From Amphiscolops sp. MND2022 (taxonomy: Eukaryota), in contig OZ076415.1 in NCBI GenBank assembly GCA_964187785.1, positions 28,458,001 to 28,522,000 on the forward strand: a stretch of DNA of 64,000 nucleotides, given 5' to 3'. This document shows, in pieces, positions 50,246 through 62,284 of the stretch. Within the stretch, counting starts at the first letter, position 1. Each line of letters opens with the position of its first letter. The notes beneath the pieces were generated by a model. The model did not search any database, was not told the DNA's origin, and worked only from the letters and a program-made list of their open reading frames with translations. The position numbers and the translations under genes were made by a program.

Positions 50246-50987
50246 AGGTGCGATTGAGTGAGCATGTCTAAAATACCAACGTCCATTATTTGAGAGACAA
50301 AGAGATCTCGAAATATCAGACCTTGATTACAGATCATTGATTACTTCATTGAAAATTTCAAGAAAAAGAGCAAGAGAGGAAAGCAACCAGACGATAAAAT
50401 TGCTAATCATTTAAGCCAGTAGGCAAAAAAATGTCGGAGAAATTTGATTTGTTTGAATTTGTATGACAAGTAGTTTACTTCGATCAAAATAAAAATTTTT
50501 ACACTTATATCGTTTTCGAAAACCACAGCTTGCGTTTCAAAAGAGCCCTAGAAATGAGAAAGTAACTGTTAAACATGGTTTGCAGAATCAATATATCAAT
50601 ATTGAACCATCGCTAGTTATTGTTTAAATGTAGTGTACACTAATTTTAAACAAGCGTTGAAGCCAATTTTGTGGATTCTTCAGATTGCAATAGCTCAGCT
50701 TGCGCTAAAAATGCGCTCTAGAATTGAGAAACTAACTATTAGGCCTGGTTTAAAGAATCTATATATCAATGTTAAACCATTCCTAGTTATTATTTGAAGG
50801 TGGTATATTGCATTGTTTTTGGGCAATCGTTCGAGTTGGTTCAGCCGATTCTCAGCTGTAAATATAATAAATTACGTAACGACTCCGCGAGCAGATACAG
50901 TTCACAAAAACCATTCTAAACCAACTAGGTAAAAACTCCAGGATCTTATTATTTTTTAATAACCAATCGATTGGAAATTTTTGAATT

Positions 50988-51400
50988 CTAACTGAACATA
51001 ATTTCCGAATACTCCAATGGCAATGCCGCAATGTCAGTCTTAGCTACCATGACCAGGACGTCTTTGTTCTGTGCTATGTTTACCAGCACCGGTTTCACAT
51101 TTGCTTCCTTGGACGACTTGTGATTAATTAATCTCGCAAGGCACCGGTTGTTCGGATGTTCGTCGCAGATTTCCTTGGAAGAGTCAACATTGGTTGTGGT
51201 TACTGCTGCGTGACCCAAGCTTTTCACGTGGACGTCACAGATTGATGGCCATTGCTGTGACTTAATTCGTCTGCCAAGCGCCCTCTTGAAGTTATCTGTT
51301 TGTTCGTTATGAGCTGGCAGGAACAAGCCTTCGTGGCGAAGTGAAACTGTTGGAGTCTGTAGTCCTCCGGATTCAATCGATTTGTGACAATCTTGAACGT
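50988..51400 (-). pseudogene. SET domain (KMT5A/PR-Set7-like), internally deleted
   Basis: QQWPSICDVHVKSLGHAAVTT (N-terminal strand); VDSSKE...LARLINHK...ANVKP...LVMVAKTDIAA...EIMFS* (RxxNH and ELxFxY boxes, the Tyr position being TAG). Confidence 0.68.
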
Positions 51401-51581
51401 CTGTAGTTATTAGAACAACATGAAATTGTTAATCAAATGTTATTTTGTTCACTTCGCCCCAGCTATTATATTGCTGGTAAATTTTTTTTGCAGTGTAAAT
51501 GAATCCTTCTCATGCAATGTAGCTGTTGCTTTACTGAAGAAAAAAGTCATTGCGTCAAATGCTGCTGGTCAAAAAAGATAC

Positions 51582-53100
51582 CTTTTTCAGGTCTTCTTCA
51601 GTGTTCCATGTGTTCTTGGCGTAAAACTCTATGAGTCGCTGCCTGGTGGGTTCCGTGTGGTTGCGTTTGCTGCCACAAAACGCGATGATTTCTTTCGCTC
51701 GCAGCACTTGGCGGGCATATCGTTGCGCATTGAGGCGTCTGACAACGTAAGGACCCAGCTGTCGCTCAGTGATACTGTGTATTGCAGCCCAGGCCTTGTC
51801 AACACCTGCCCAGATCTCAGCGATGGCCTGCGTTTCCCTCATGAATCCGGCATTCCTGGATAAAGGCAGAGGAAGGGCTTTGTGGACACACTCCAGCAGT
51901 ATATCATCCACTGTTTCCCGGGCATCTTTTCCATCTTCAACAGAGTGAGAACGAAATTGTAAAGCAACACAACTGCGGAAAATTTGAATTGTGTGATGAT
52001 AATCTGACAAAAGAGTTGTTACATGAAAGAATGAAAATGATACTTCCAAAAAATCCCGCACTCGTTACTTGTAACAATAAGTTTTACAACTTCAATGCTC
52101 TCAATGCTCCTAATGGTTCAATTTTTACCTTGTCCATGAACTCCTCAGCAAAAGATCTGGAGTTGAAGTTCGCATTCCCTTTTGAAGTTACAAAGAAATG
52201 CTCCGTAGCAACCTCTTCGACGCCACTATCGTCCCGTTGAAATGCTCTCGTCACAATTCTTGGTGATTTCCGTTGGAAAGTTGGCCTCACATTGAGGTGA
52301 TACACCCGCATAGCATTCACCACCCATCGTTCAACACGGTGTTCCACTCGAATAGTGTTTCCTAAAACGAATTTAGTTCATAGTTCTAGATTTGGACATT
52401 TATTTTCTTGCCTTATGTTCAAATTTATATTCTCATATCAACAATTTATACGTCCGCATTTTATTTTGTTGAAAACGTGAAACCATATGCTAATAATTTG
52501 ATATCTACACAGAACATCCTACGTCGTTTTCAAGTTTTAGAAAAAGGGTCCAGTATATATACCCAAAGATGGTTCGAGAATCAATTCGCAAGGGTCATTC
52601 TCGCTCAAGTCATCAAGTTGTATTATAACTTGGGTGACGGCATGCACTGTCACACCCAAAATGCTTTTCGTCATCACTGTCACTGGCTCGGCATACATGT
52701 ACAGGTACGATATAATGCCGTGGAAGAGGGTTAATTGTTGCTGGTATGTCAGCGCTCTACATTTGTTGTACGTTTCTAACCCCCTCTAATGTATTTTTAG
52801 TATGGTGTCCGACTTTCGCTGACCACTGCAGTCGGGGCAATTTTGGTTGTGACTCTAAACACGTCTTAGCAGGAAAGTCGAAGCTGCGCTTTACGGAGGT
52901 GATTGTAGAAAGTGCACACGTTTCGTATTGAGTGTTTTTGACTTGATTGTCGGATGTGTACTACTTGATGTGCTGCTTTGAGTGAAATACGGAGGGTCCT
53001 TTCGCTTGTTGCCAATATTTGAGAAAAGTTGGTTGGACAAGGGATCGTAGTGCCCATATACGACTCGTGGAATGAGAAGTTTTTTTGATTTCGATGAATC
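51582..53100 (-). pseudogene. Degenerate Crypton-type tyrosine-recombinase region
   Basis: LTLFHGIISYLYMY...KSILGVTV (box-I-like); RWVVNAMRVYHLNVRP...EHFFVTSKG (Y...vRP...fF.t.kG pattern); C-terminal AQRYARQVLRAKEII...EPTRQRLIEFYAKNTW. Catalytic residues not confidently located. Confidence 0.42.
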
Positions 53101-54084
53101 GACGCCGGAGTGCTATGAAAATGAATTTCATTAGGGGTTTGTGGAGGTTGTAAAGGAGTTAGGACTGGACTGAGTATATTGCGTGAAGTCGCTGTTACAA
53201 ATTGAGATGTTTCTTAGAGGTTGTTCCGACATTATGAAGTTTTAGTTTACTCCGATATCAAAAGGGAAAACAAAAATTTTCAAAATTGAGCTGCTGGGAA
53301 CTGCAAGAGTAATCGGTCTAGAATTTTGAAGAATATTCTTAAATTGGTTGAACAGCTGGTTATTGCGAGAGTAATCGGTCTAGAAGATGGAAGAATTGAT
53401 TTTGAATAGTGTATTTATAGTTGTTAAATCAATTGGAAAAAAATCGAACGCATTTGTTGACGCATATTAAACTGCCCATGACGCTGCATTTATTGGAAGC
53501 GTTTAACTAATTTTTAAATTACAATCAGAGTTTGTCAAAAATTTACTCAAGTAACAACTGAGTGCAAAAGTAATCGATCGCAGTTAGTAGCTTTTAAAAA
53601 TTTGATGTTTAGATGATTATTTTAAAATAATCTATGACACCCCTGATTGTGTTAGATTTGGTACATCGGGTTGATTTCAAACTACACGGTGAACTACCCA
53701 ATAGAAATGAGGCACTAATTACTTATCATGGTGTGAAGAATCTATAATTGAATGATTAAACATGCGGTAGTGCAAATTGAAGGTAGTAGTACACGAAATC
53801 AAACTGAACACGTTCGTTTATTTTTGTGGATTGTTCACAACAATAGGACTGCTGTGAACCTACGTTTGTAAATTTTGTACAAAACTGGTTTGGTTTATGA
53901 ATATTTGAATTCTCGAATACAAAAATAATCTACAATTGCATCAACCTTCAATTGAAAAATGAGCTTATGGTTCCTAAACAAACGCTCCTGGAGTCATTAC
54001 AAAATAATGGAAGAGTCTTTTTTGCATCCAGAAAAATGAAATAATCGAACTCCACTAAAACGTATGAAAATGCCAGATATTTAC

Positions 54085-54510
54085 CTGACATCACGTATTC
54101 GGAAGGATCCAAAACACAGCACTTTTTCTCAACATCTTCAATAAATGTCGCCTTATGGTTTTGAAAAAGTATCAATCAAAAAAAATTATTTGATTAGAGA
54201 GGTTGTCAAAAATCAATCATCACTCAGAACAAAATATAAAAATGTATACAAAATAACGATCAGAGAAGCGAAAGATCGATTTCGTGTGAGTATTTATGTG
54301 TGCAACACAACGGCATAAAGGGGATGGTAGCGCAGTTGATATTTCACATGGGTATGTAATGAAGCTAGACGCGTTGTCTACCACCGGATCGATTCTCACA
54401 TAGACACTGTTGACTCTATACAGACCACTCTGTATTCCTCCATATCGATTTGGTAAACGACATCGTTCCACTTCACAGCGATCGGGGGGCATAATAGAAG
54501 ATCCAATCAA
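54085..54510 (-). pseudogene. BAH-like segments
   Basis: Short AG/GT-bounded exon ATFIEDVEKKCCVLDPSEYVMS resembles the BAH motif (i.gkC.Vld...Y); upstream SFITYPCEI resembles the BAH F..nE box. Confidence 0.4.
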
Positions 54511-54524
54511 CTGCGCTACTGCAT

Positions 54525-55085
54525 CCCTTTTTGATGTGAAAAGGATAAATCATTGTTGATCGTTATTTTTACAGCGATAGGAAGGCACTATTGAAAATCC
54601 ACTGCCTTCAGGGGTGTTCATTAAATAATTATGGGTAAGAATACTTGAAATGGATGAAATAAAAATTTATATTTCTGCAATCAAATGAACAGAAAAAATT
54701 TTTTCGAATCTGTAGACAAATTATTATTCTTGAGATAACTAAATCTAACTAAGAACGTTTAATTCAACCTATCGCCAGCCAATTAAATTCGAACATACAG
54801 AAATCTTGAGCTAATTTCCAGCTTGAGCTAATAATTCTTTTAACAAAAAAATAAAACTCTTTATTTTTCCACTATGAAAATAAAATAATTGGTTTTTAGG
54901 CAACAATATTAATCGAATAAAATATAAAACACCCCTGACTGAATCCCTTTTTGATGTGAAAAAAGATCAGTTGATCGTTGTTATCTTCCTTCACAGCGAT
55001 AGGAAGGCACTTTTGAAGATCCAATGCATCCCTTTCTGATGTGATGCATCCCGTTTCGTTGGTATTTTTCACAGCGATAGGAATG
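54525..55085. repeat. Dispersed short repeats ATCCCTTTTTGATGTGAAAA and CAGCGATAGGAA(GGCACT)
   Basis: Copies near 54523/54572, 54943/54995 and 55028/55073. Confidence 0.7.
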
Positions 55086-56269
55086 CGCAATTGAAGGTTC
55101 AATCCGCCAAATCCGTTTTTGATGAAAGCCGTAATGTCTATTTTCCATAACTAAAAAGAAATATAAACTATTAAATTATAAAATTATAAAACATCATTTA
55201 CTCATTATAAATGGAAACTTTCCCCACACACACACACTTTTTATAGAATAAGTGTGAACAAAGTTTGTATTCCAACTATAAACTGTCACTCTGGAAATAC
55301 CTGTAAAATTGATGAAATCTGGTCTGTAATCAAGTAGTTTTGTTATTATAGGTAATTGCAAAAACATCATCTTGAAAAGTGTGGGGAGGAGGAAAGTCCT
55401 AAATGGACATCACTGGATGAGAATAAAGAGAATAATATAAATCTGTATATTGGGTTAGGCGTCGAATTGCGCAGTGGAATCGGGGGACTAATTACTATAC
55501 ATGGTGGGAAGAATCTACAATTGGATAATAAAACATGCGAGAGTGTAAACTGAATGTATTGGTCCAAGAATTCAAACCAAATTTGTTCGTTTATTTTTGT
55601 GGATTCTTCACAACAATAGGACTGCTATGAACATACCTTTTATAACTTCATGCAAAACTGGTTTGCAATTTTGACTCATTTGAAAAAAAAAGACAATTCC
55701 TTTAGTAATCACGCTGTCTAAGCTCGTTTAAAAAATTTCAAGTGGTAACTGTATCTTGATTTTCTTGGACCATATGGTACTGATCGATCTCTTAGTTGAA
55801 CAATTTGTTCAACTAGGCAGGTATCTTATCAACACTATTGTTGATCATTGTTCTTTTAACAACCGCTACCACATTCCACCGCCAACAATTGACGGTTGGG
55901 AATTTTCATTAATATACTAATGAACATAACTAAGTTTGTTTCTTTTTATTTGGTACAGTTGAAGTTATGCGCTGATGGAGCAATCACAATGACGTCTCGG
56001 TACTTCATGAAATCAGACTGCAGACAAGGCCTGACTTCGAAAGAGCGGGTAGCAACCTATTTTTCTGCAAGGTTCCATTCTGAAGCAGTAACATGCAGTC
56101 GTAACATCTGGGAGCGATTGTCTACGGGAGGGGAACCATTGGATGACTTGGAAATTCGGGAGCATACAAATTGAAAGAAGGTTCTTTATTGCAGATTTTG
56201 TACAACGATTACTTTGAAGGTAAACGTTTTTTTGAATGCATAAGTACCATTTTATTAATAAACATCTAC

Positions 56270-56545
56270 CTCTCCGGTGGCTTCGGATCAGCTGCGGAGT
56301 GGCTGCAATCTCTCGAGTGACCAATGTGAGACTATCTACGGCCTCGCAGAGATCGTTTTCAGCATACGGTGGCTGGTTGCATGGGGGGATGGCTGGTTGG
56401 AAATTGGAACCGACCATGATCATCGGTTTTCGTTCCAGGACGGGGGCCAAGTTCGTCTTCTTAGGTTGATCAAGAAGCTTCCTCCTGGATAAAGTTTTTT
56501 GCTTGGCTTCTCGTCGAACACAGCCATGTTGAAGGCAGGAAACAC
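56270..56545 (-). pseudogene. ELM2-like exon
   Basis: KPMIMVGSNFQPAIPP matches the ELM2 opening I-x-VG-x-x-[YF]Q-A-x-IP; the exon is bounded by CAG| and |GT. Confidence 0.5.
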
Positions 56546-57224
56546 CTGTAACAAACACGTTTATCTTAACAGGTTTATTGGGGAGTATTTGGGGTCTAAA
56601 TACTATTGAGATACTGTTAGGATACATCTCTACCCCTCGTAAAATTATTCAATCTGGGAATTGCTCACAACAACAGAACAACGAGCATTTTTGCTAAAAT
56701 ACTTACTTCTGTAGTGAAAGCTTCTCCGTCCTTCATGTGTTCTGCCACTTTTCGGAAGAGGTGCCTGTACTCATCACCCAAGTAGTTGGGGCACAGCTTG
56801 CGGTAGTTGTACAGCAACACACTCCACACTGTCGTCAAACGGTGATATCTGGAATACATAAAAATTATACTCCAGGTAACAATTCACAAAAGAAAAATTG
56901 GTGGAGGGATGTTAGATGTTAGAAGCTTATGAGATCTGACAAATTGTTCCGGAGTCGTTACAAAACTTTGTTTGGGGGGATTGTTTCTAATTGGTCCCCA
57001 AAGATGCTTCCGGAGTCGTTACAAAATGTTGGGATGGATTGTGTCTTCAATAACATTTTGAATTTATTGCCTAATATGCTCCCGGAGTCGTTACAAAATA
57101 AAAAAGGGAGGTGTTTCTGCTTCTTTTGATGTCTACAAAGGGCTCCTTCACTTTCTCGTTTCAGCTATATAGAAAGTAAAGGAAGTATAGTGATGTTGTA
57201 TATTTACTATATAAAAAACGTTAC

Positions 57225-59087
57225 CGTGTATCTTCTTCAATGTCGAAGTTAGCATCAACAATTAGTCAACTGTGGCCAAAACTCAGAAAATTGGCACCGA
57301 GTATCACTGAGTCGCCCTGGGTCAGGACACAGTGAATCTACTTGGCCCTTTGCGTGGATCCTGTGACATCCCCTTCTAGCGTCTGTATTATTGTTCTAAA
57401 TATCACACATAATAAACTTAAATGGGAGTTTCGATAGAATTCAGTTGGGTGCTCATTTTTAGGATTACCCGAACAATGAACTTTTTATCTTGAAGAGATT
57501 TTCTTTTTTCTATACACTGAACGAACATTTTAGGAAATTGACGTGAAGTATGATGTTTATACTTACAAGCTGCGAGGATCTTCTCACTGTACTGCTGGAA
57601 GAGTTTCAAGTTCTTCTTTGTTGGCTCAACAAGTCAGAAGATTTTCTCACACAACAGTACCACGTAGAAAACTGACGTGCTTGCGTATTCAATGTGCCAC
57701 GGGGTGACAACATTTGTCGTTGAAAAGTAACAGGTAGTTCCAGGTGCTCTCCGTCAAGTACCCATCGCTCTGAGAAGCTGCCAGTTTTGACTCTACATAG
57801 CGGTCGATTGCCGCATTTTGTACCGCAGTAGGTGGTGAAAATATCTAAAAACGCGTGTACGTGAACTTTTTAAAATGCGAATTTTGCTTTATTATTTTTA
57901 GGAAGAAAATTTTGCAAAGACGATTCTGTATCGTTTACATATGGGAACTGGGCACCTATTAAATCTAACTTTTCAGTCACTTTCAAAGTTATTTAAAAAG
58001 TGGTTCTTCACTCTATTGGCTAACTACTTTCAATTTTATCTAAATATCTCATTACCGCATGTTGAAGGGTGGCATCTAGTACGTTCACAGGAAAGAGTCC
58101 CTCACGGGCTGCTTCTGGGCCGCAACGCTGTTCTGCCAGATAATCGTCTCTAGTCAGATTTCGTATCTGCAAATTCATTTTGTACTCTAGTTCAAATGAT
58201 TTTTTGTTGAATGTGAAAACGCAGTAGAATTGAGACAATAGTGACTAAACATGTTGTGAAGAATCCACCTTTGGATAATAAACCATTGGAAAATTAAACA
58301 GAACGTAGTAGTCCATGATTTCAAAACTACACGAAGTATACAATTTTGTGGGTTCTCCGCAAATATGTGATTTCAAAAATTAGGTTGTGGCTGCGTGAAC
58401 GCAGTAGAAATGGGACAATAATGATAAAACACGTTGCGAAGAATCTACCACTGGATAATAAAACATTGAAAGTTTAATTTGATGGTAGTGGTTCATGATT
58501 GTAAAGCTACACAAAACATACAGTTTTGTGAAATCTCCTCAAAAATGTGATTTCAACAATTTTGTTTTGGCTGCGTGAACGCAGTAGAATTGGGACAATA
58601 ATGACAAGACACGTTGTGAAGAATCTACCACTGGATAATAAACCATTAAAATATTAATTTGAAGGTAGTTGTCCATGATAAATCACAACGATACAAATAT
58701 AAAGTTTCGTGGACTTTTCACAGCAATAAATATACGCGTTTGTGTGCGTTCTCTTAAATCCAGGAAAGTTTTTCTGTAAATTACCAGCAAGTTATAGTTT
58801 AAAATCTTACCTCGTTCACTTTTGCCGACTTTGCAGTTATGGGGACTTCCGGGTTGGCAACATGCTGCAACAAATGTTCTGCTAGAGGCGGAAACTGAGT
58901 TGCCTTGTCCTCCGGATCATGGGGAATGACGAGGCCTTCCGCGTTGTCCCTGGCGCCTCTCCACAGGATGGGGAAACCATGGGCCAAATAACAGAACATT
59001 TTCTTCGTCTGATCTTCCACGGTCCCATTCCAAACAACGCACTTTGGAACGGTGCTCTGACGCGTCCCCCCGATGTGCTTGTAGTAC
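57225..59087 (-). pseudogene. JmjC histone-demethylase domain, KDM2/KDM7(PHF8)-type
   Basis: GFPILWRG...GLVIP; VNVLDATLQ; FSPPTAVQ; STTNVVTPWHIEYASTSVFYVVLLCEKIF*LVEPTKKNLKLFQQY; *IHCVLTQGDSVILGANFL. The H-x-E...H iron ligands are retained. One frameshift; stops at conserved Trp positions. Confidence 0.87.
58220..58720. repeat. Three ~180-bp tandem units containing GAAGAATC(C/T)AC, related to 53640-53900 and 55480-55670
   Basis: ACGCAGTAGAA...GTGAAGAATCCACC...GGATAATAAA at ~58219, ~58399 and ~58579; lies in an intron of the JmjC gene. Confidence 0.85.
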
Positions 59088-59351
59088 CTATGTACAAAAA
59101 ACAACTACTTGTTCAACTACAAGGTCTTTATTATCCTGGCTCGGAAAAAATATTTATTTTGAACTTCCTCTAGGCATGAAAAGTTTGTGTTTTGACATCT
59201 GTTGTATTCTGGTAAGGTCAGCTATAGTTTTAACATAATAAGTATTCAATTTTCCTTTCATTTCTTTGAAACTTGCATTAACATTATGCCTAAAAATACT
59301 TGAGTACTCTATGTATTCTGTAGCAAAGCTTTCAACACGAAGTTCCCTCAC

Positions 59352-59939
59352 CTGTAAGTGCCGTCCTTAGCCGACTTTCTGGGAAACCGCGAGAAGTTCA
59401 TGTCCTTGAACCTGTGATTCGGCACTCGCTCCAGATGCCGCAGCAGATTGCTCCGTGAAGAAAACTGCTGTTCACAACCCTCACAGCTTGTTGGCTTGAG
59501 CTTCCCTGTTACAGTCTCTAAAATAAAACAAAAACCAACTTCAAAACATGGGCGTTACGGGTCTATACCGCAAGCACAACTATAAAGTTATCATTAGTTT
59601 CTCAAAAGTGTAAAAGATACTTGTATTCATATATAACAAGACTGTTTCTGTAGATTGGTTTGTAATGACATCGTAACTTACTGTATTTTTTCAGAGCTGG
59701 GGAAAGACCTTGAGCCAATAATTTCGCCCTCTTGGCACAGCTCAGGGTCTGCTGATGACGTTTGAGGGCATCTTTTGTGCACACAGGTTGCAGACACAGG
59801 TTGCAAGTGAAGCTACCACTTCCGCTCTCCACCTCCGGCACCGGTTTGGGTCCTTGTCTTTTTCGTGTCTGTTGTAGTTAAACAACCTGGTCGACTCGTA
59901 AAAGCACTTCGGACACATCATCTTGGGTGTTGGCGGCAT
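59352..59939 (-). pseudogene. Three C2H2 zinc-finger motifs (exons 1-2)
   Basis: CPKCFYESTRLFNYNRH; CNLCLQPVCTKDALKRHQQ; CEGCEQQFSSRSNLLRHLERVPNH. One frameshift in exon 1. Confidence 0.8.
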
Positions 59940-61893
59940 TTTCTGGTTTTTAAGGAGAAATTTAGTTTTCTTTAAAAATTTGTTTCCTTGTGTTCTGTTT
60001 CCATATTTCTTTATATTTATTGCACACCTGGAGCCGTTACAATCACCTGGCTAAACGTTAACTTGTTGTACTCTATCCGTTGCGCTCTTGGAGTCGTTAC
60101 ATCTTACTAAACATTTGTATTTATTCCTGTTGTTATCATGCTCATGGAGTCGTTACGAGGGGTTCCCAAATAACATCAGAGCAAATAGCATACAATTAGT
60201 TTCAAATAACACAAAATTGAAATGGTTTTTACTAAACATGTTGTTTGAATTTTTTTTTCATTTTTATGTTATTTGACAGTAATTTTGTTTCTATGTTATT
60301 TGCACGTATGTTATTTGGTATGTAATCGTCGTTAAAATTTTCTAAACACTCGTTTCATATCTTACTTTCATCGCAGTCTTGGAGTCGTTACATCTAACCA
60401 AACAATTATTGTGCCCTATTTCTATGGTGCTCATGGAGCTGTTAACTCGGTGTACTCTATTCATTCCGTTAAATGTTTGGGACAGCTAAACTTAATTGGT
60501 ACCAAGAAAAACACTTGACTTACCTTAGTTGAATGTCGAATTAGTTTGATTGTTCAAATTGGAGTCTTCGCTTGCAGTCTTCGTGAAATTCTTGTATGCT
60601 TCGGGAAATTCTTGGAGTCTTCAGGAGATTGAGAAAACGTCTGATTGTCAGCAGCACTGGTTGTTAAATAACCTTATTGGATAAACCGCGGGATTTTGAA
60701 GATTGTTTACATGACGCACCAAATTCTGCGAGTCATGGTCACGTGACAAGAAGTTCTTTCAATCACCGAATCAAATTCGAGTAAAAATCATGAAAGTATT
60801 TGCTCATTTGAATGGCTTAATATTTCTTGGACAACCTGATACACACTCAATTTTTGTGAATTAATGTAGTCGATAAACCACGGGAAGTTACCCTCCCCCC
60901 CACAGACACACTTTTTAAGATGATGTTTAAGTTTAGGTTTAACTGCAACAAAAACTCATCGCTGTTAGCAGGGGGGTTAACATTTTCGCGCTTTTTGTAG
61001 GGGGGGGGGGTTTAAAAAAGATCCCCGACAGTCAATATAAGAAGAGGATGACAATATTTGATAATATCATTTGAACGCTCCTGGAGTCGTTACAAAACTA
61101 ATTTACTCATTTCAATGCGATTCTTTTCAAGCAATACTCAATACAATCTATATTCGATCCTGGAGTGACTCTTTTCAAACAATATTCGATACAATTTATT
61201 TGAACGCTCCTGAAGTCGCTGCAAAAATATCGTTTTCATTAAAATGATAAAAAGTTTTTCGAAGTTGACAATTGGAGGGAGGGGTCTTTAAAACATTTTC
61301 TTTGAAAGCTCCTGGAGTCGTTACAAAATTGGCTCTTTTCTGTTATTACCCCCCACCAGTTCAATTCCCCCCACTTAGGCGGTCAAGTGAAATTGTCATT
61401 GAATTAATATTAACAACCAATCAAATTGCTGTTTTTTATAACTCTAACTGCAACTGAAACTCATCGCTGATAGTGGTGGGGAAATAAAATTTCCGCGCTT
61501 ACTGTGGGGGAATTAACAGAAAAGATCCACAAAACTATTTGTTTCATTACAAGTAACAGGCATTTTTTTAAATTTGGCAAACAGAGAGGACGTATTTTTA
61601 AAAATTTTTGCTTGAGTGCTCTTGGAGTTGTTTCATTTTTATTTCTGCAGTTGATGTTTTGAAAACCTTTTCCTTGAAAACATTTTGTCGGGCACAAATA
61701 CTAGCTGGGATTACAAATCTCAGCGAAGTATGCTTTTGCCCAGTATAATGTAGTTTTAAGAGACTCTTCGTTTGGGGATCACATAGTGTCGCTCATAACA
61801 AGACCCACGTCGTGAACGTGGCCTTTAAAAGGTCTCAAAATCTAATTTACAAATTCTACTACAAAAACATACTAACTACATTTTTACAAAAAG

Positions 61894-62109
61894 TTAATTG
61901 TACAAAATACTAACTACAGGTAATCTACAGTAAGGACATCTTATAATAGCTGCATTTGCTAAACTATCCAAATAATGTTTTATACACTCTCTACAGGCTA
62001 AATGTAATCTATGATCTAGATGGAAACTTTGTATTTCCTCTGAGCTCAAGTTTTCAAAGCATATAAAACATTCTCTCTTCTTGGGAGCAACTGCCTTCTT
62101 CACCCTCAT
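61894..62109 (-). CDS. Small RING-finger protein (71 aa), putative E3 ligase
   Basis: ATG-initiated ORF: CFICFE...HLDHRLHLACRECI...IRCPYCR. Confidence 0.72.
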   Translation of the reverse strand: MRVKKAVAPKKRECFICFENLSSEEIQSFHLDHRLHLACRECIKHYLDSLANAAIIRCPYCRLPVVSILYN

Positions 62110-62284
62110 TTATAAGGGATAGAGTAAGTAATGATTGAGCGAAAAGATAGAAGAAGAATAACGATTTAGTTTTTTTAGAGAAAGCAGAGATTTGCAGAGT
62201 AAGTTGAGATCAGTGAGTGCAGAGAGGAATCTTAATTGCCAATAATTCCTTACAAGGGAATAATTCCTGACAATAGACTTTTTT

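Larger units (their letters stand above)
50988..59939 (-). pseudogene. Multi-exon gene: 3x C2H2 - JmjC (KDM2/KDM7-type) - ELM2-like - BAH-like - tyrosine-recombinase-like - SET; disabled
   Basis: ATG at 59939. GT-AG exons with compatible phases: 59682-59939, 59352-59517, 58811-59087, 58056-58166. Further exons at 57567-57844, 57225-57395, 56270-56545, ~54085-54151, ~52084-53100, 51582-~51975 and 50988-51400. That the distal exons belong to one transcript is an inference. Confidence 0.68.

Noticed and set aside
55950-56200. SANT domain following the ELM2-like exon
   Set aside because: Only a weak EWNLAEK resemblance, interrupted by a stop; not supportable by eye.
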